A DNA stretch of 27,316 nt from a virus (taxonomy: Duplodnaviria; Caudoviricetes). Every line of letters begins with the position of its first letter. Position 1 is the first letter of the stretch. The position numbers were made by a program, and so were the translations under genes. Below the pieces are notes generated by a model, which saw nothing but the letters and a program-made list of their open reading frames with translations, had not been told where the DNA came from and made no database searches. The stretch lies in the IMG/VR virus record IMGVR_UViG_3300015366_000034, positions 1 through 27,316 of that record, one strand, 5' to 3'. Positions 24,974 through 27,316 of the stretch are shown here, one piece after another.

Positions 24974-25246
24974 TCAATTATTAATTAGAGATGCTATTCC
25001 TCTTTCGATGGTTATGTTTAAAGCATCGATTTCATCCATCTTGGCTATCGCCCAGGCTCTTTTCTCCCCGTGCCATCCCATCTTAGCCCCCTGGTGGCAA
25101 CTTTTACATAGAGCTACCACTGTGTACTGACGGTGTTGTTTGACGTGGTGGGCGTCGCTTGGACCCTGTTGGTCGCATACGGAGCAGGGCAAGAGCTTGA
25201 CTAGCCCTACCCAAGCTTTTTGTTTAGGTGTCAGAATGTTGTTCAT
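24974..25246 (-). CDS. Small HNH-type nuclease, Ref / DUF968-like
   Basis: 90 aa; LPCSVC...DAHH...VVALCKSCHQG...GWHG. Confidence 0.7.
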   Translation of the reverse strand: MNNILTPKQKAWVGLVKLLPCSVCDQQGPSDAHHVKQHRQYTVVALCKSCHQGAKMGWHGEKRAWAIAKMDEIDALNITIERGIASLINN

Positions 25247-25485
25247 AGGTCAATAATTTGGCTTGTAAATTCAGCCAACTCTTTCGCAACAAGTGTTTCC
25301 AACAAGTCCATTGGTACTTCAGATGTCTTGAGCTTTATTGCCCGAAACGGAAACTCGTAAGGGAACACCTCCAAGAATTCGTTCACGCCATCGCCGGTTC
25401 TGAGCAATTGAAAGTCTGTGTTGTTTGCAGTGACCCAAAACACACCGTTTTTTCTTTCAACAATTTTGAGTTTTATTGGTTTCAT
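25243..25485 (-). CDS. Hypothetical protein
   Basis: 80 aa; ATGA overlaps at both ends. Confidence 0.7.
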   Translation of the reverse strand: MKPIKLKIVERKNGVFWVTANNTDFQLLRTGDGVNEFLEVFPYEFPFRAIKLKTSEVPMDLLETLVAKELAEFTSQIIDL

Positions 25486-25817
25486 GACACTGCTCTATCC
25501 ATGACGCGGTTAGACGCTTCCAGAGAACGCCAGACCTCAACTCTCGCCTGTGCTGACACCAACCCCCACCTTAACGCTTCAGCCTTCTCTACAGCTTCTT
25601 TGAGGCCGTTTAGCAACTCGACATACTTTGGGTCAGAGTAAGCCTCGATCTCCGCCGCCACGGCTGATTTTGCGCCATCTAGCATGGCTTGCTTCATCAA
25701 CATAGCTTTTAAACTCTTACGGTACTCTTCAACATACGTAACTTCTGCCTTTGCTGTAGCGTACTTCTGCCCGTGCGTATAAATGTAATCAACTGCTTCG
25801 TTTATTTCTTTAGTCAT
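25482..25817 (-). CDS. Conserved helical phage protein
   Basis: 111 aa; AKAEVTYVEEYRKS...EAYSDPKY...VEVWRSLEASNR; coupled overlaps. Confidence 0.8.
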   Translation of the reverse strand: MTKEINEAVDYIYTHGQKYATAKAEVTYVEEYRKSLKAMLMKQAMLDGAKSAVAAEIEAYSDPKYVELLNGLKEAVEKAEALRWGLVSAQARVEVWRSLEASNRVMDRAVS

Positions 25818-26032
25818 TCTTGTCCCCTTGCTCGGATTGCTTTAGATACATCACCAAGATTAGAACCAAATATTCCCCATTCTTTTAATTCATCATCACA
25901 CACCTTTGCACATTCCTCACGTTCTTTCTCTGCTACCAACCTGGAAAAGGCTAAAAAGTTCTTTCGTTCTTCCTTTTTAATAATTCCACCAAATGTTTGG
26001 CAAGCCAGTTCAATAATTTCATCTTGTGTCAT
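25814..26032 (-). CDS. Hypothetical protein (EREECAKVC...AIRARG family)
   Basis: 72 aa; ATGA overlaps. Confidence 0.75.
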   Translation of the reverse strand: MTQDEIIELACQTFGGIIKKEERKNFLAFSRLVAEKEREECAKVCDDELKEWGIFGSNLGDVSKAIRARGQE

Positions 26033-26241
26033 TCTTGTCTCCTTGCTTCTATCATTGCATCTGCCATTTGGTAAGCCATAATTGAAACTGCTTTGTAACC
26101 GCCTTGGTTCAAATTAGCAGACCCTCTACCTTCGATAAGAGTTCCCATAGCTCTAGCCGCAAAGTAATCCCTCAATGTCATGCCCGTACAAGTCAAGTCT
26201 TTATGCATCCAAGGAAATGCAGTCGGTAGTTCATTAATCAT
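26029..26241 (-). CDS. Hypothetical protein (GMTLRDYFAAxAM family)
   Basis: 70 aa; AFP...GMTLRDYFAARAM...AYQMADAMIEAR. Confidence 0.8.
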   Translation of the reverse strand: MINELPTAFPWMHKDLTCTGMTLRDYFAARAMGTLIEGRGSANLNQGGYKAVSIMAYQMADAMIEARRQE

Positions 26242-26267
26242 TCTTGTCCCTTTGTGTTCTTATGCTT
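26238..26267. repeat. 30-bp direct repeat at a gene junction (partner 26956..26985)
   Basis: tcattcttgtccc(t/c)ttgtgttcttatgctt, 29/30 identical. Confidence 0.9.
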
Positions 26268-26438
26268 TAATTTATCTTCAATGGTTTCAATTTTTGTTTC
26301 GTACCAATTTGTTTCTTGCCCACGCTTTGCCCACCCATACTGCGTCATCAAAACTTGTGAAGCATACTCAGGATGATTGACAATCTTTGAGCGTTGCACT
26401 TGGTAATGACCTTCAAGGTCTTGGCTCATATCACCCAT
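26238..26438 (-). CDS. Hypothetical protein
   Basis: 66 aa; AAGGAG RBS; ends IEDKLKHKNTKGQE. Confidence 0.65.
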   Translation of the reverse strand: MGDMSQDLEGHYQVQRSKIVNHPEYASQVLMTQYGWAKRGQETNWYETKIETIEDKLKHKNTKGQE

Positions 26439-26637
26439 TGTTCTTCTCCTTGACCATCATCTCTGCAATCTGTTTTACATACCAAATGTGCTCTTCAAAG
26501 TCATCTCCTAATATCAACTTGATACGCAAACCATCTTTGTTTTTTAAATTACTAATAGCAATCAACAAGGCTTCAGCAAAGCCTGCTTCAGTTGTTTTAT
26601 CAAGTCCATCAATAAGACCTTGTGCAAAATCTCTCAT
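26431..26637 (-). CDS. Hypothetical protein
   Basis: 68 aa; AAGGAG RBS; coupled overlaps. Confidence 0.65.
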   Translation of the reverse strand: MRDFAQGLIDGLDKTTEAGFAEALLIAISNLKNKDGLRIKLILGDDFEEHIWYVKQIAEMMVKEKNNG

Positions 26638-26771
26638 GTGTTCTTCTCCTTTTGTTTTTTAACCCAACACCACCAGTGATACACAGTACCACCGTCATTC
26701 CAAAACTTGTCTCCGACTTCGAATAAACCAAAGCACCTGGGACATTGGTGTGGCTTAAATAAGTCATTCAT
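26634..26771 (-). CDS. 45-aa zinc-finger microprotein
   Basis: Not in the track. MNDLFKPHQCPRCFGLFEVGDKFWNDGGTVYHWWCWVKKQKEKNT; ATGA overlaps at both ends. Confidence 0.7.
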   Translation of the reverse strand: MNDLFKPHQCPRCFGLFEVGDKFWNDGGTVYHWWCWVKKQKEKNT

Positions 26772-26959
26772 TCTTCAACTCCGAAATGTTCTTTAATCAA
26801 TTCGCAGACATAAAGATTATTGCCGTTGCTCATTAAAGCAACACTAGCACATTCTTTCACAATCAACTCGGCAAACTTTTCTAACTTAGTTGGAATACCT
26901 TCTGGATTGTATGTAGGCAATCCAGCCTTGTGAGCAAGTAGTTGAATTCGTTCGTTCAT
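26768..26959 (-). CDS. Hypothetical protein (MNERI...EKFAELIVxEC...EHFGVE family)
   Basis: 63 aa; coupled overlaps. Confidence 0.75.
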   Translation of the reverse strand: MNERIQLLAHKAGLPTYNPEGIPTKLEKFAELIVKECASVALMSNGNNLYVCELIKEHFGVEE

Positions 26960-27288
26960 TCTTGTCCCCTTGTGTTCTTATGCTTGAGTTTGGCTTCTAT
27001 ACGCTTCATCAATTCCCAATCTGAATCCGTGCTTTCCCAAAGTTCGTTTGCTTCCTCATCCGTCAGCCCTACCCATGCGTCTCTCCCTGTTTGATCCATC
27101 ATCACGGTTCGTGCCAAGGCTTCGCACGTTGGGCAGGGTGGTGGGGTGGTGTAGAGCGGTGTTTCGTAGGTTGCTCCGTGGTCAACAAAACCTCTCATGT
27201 GTTTTTGAAAGCGCACTTCATGTGTGCTTTTGTCTTGATACATCCACACCACAGGCTCATTCTCTGGTTGTGTCATAGGCTTTGGCAT
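26956..27288 (-). CDS. Hypothetical protein (EPVxW...PLYTxP...WVGLTDEE family)
   Basis: 110 aa; exact start uncertain; ends IEAKLKHKNTRGQE. Confidence 0.7.
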   Translation of the reverse strand: MPKPMTQPENEPVVWMYQDKSTHEVRFQKHMRGFVDHGATYETPLYTTPPPCPTCEALARTVMMDQTGRDAWVGLTDEEANELWESTDSDWELMKRIEAKLKHKNTRGQE

Positions 27289-27316
27289 TTGAAAAAAGAA
27301 CCCCGTTGGTCGCGCA

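Noticed and set aside
1619-27278. All plus-strand ORFs in the track and short nested minus-strand ORFs
   Set aside because: They lie within well-supported, tightly coupled minus-strand genes and lack recognisable motifs; they are treated as shadow ORFs.

Overview
This is a 27.3-kb segment of a tailed dsDNA phage (Caudoviricetes), probably podovirus-like. A freshwater Betaproteobacteria host is a guess based on the small-gene families. Every credible gene is on the minus strand. In transcription order (right to left) the window holds: an array of tiny, translationally coupled accessory genes with an HNH/Ref-like nuclease; terS and terL; two large multidomain 'polyvalent' proteins (tandem ADP-ribosyltransferase-like domains, a possible glycosylase-like domain) placed between terL and the portal; portal; a GroES-like co-chaperonin; scaffold; major capsid protein; decoration/fibre proteins; a His/Lys-rich repeat protein; small basic virion-type proteins; a head-tail adaptor with an inserted discoidin-like domain; and a truncated tail fibre. 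Two signals are not explained by these annotations. First, a [FYMLK]-x-x-G-G-x-[VI]-like peptide motif recurs about 27 times (manual count) in seven unrelated late proteins, often at domain boundaries; it is a candidate capsid-loading or polyprotein-processing signal. Second, a dispersed perfect palindrome GCGATT(G/C)AATCGC occurs five times, in both coding and promoter DNA. There are also a duplicated promoter with a covarying leader hairpin, shared UGAAA-loop hairpins in two late leaders, and repeated gene-junction sequences. All calls come from manual motif reading; no database searches were run.
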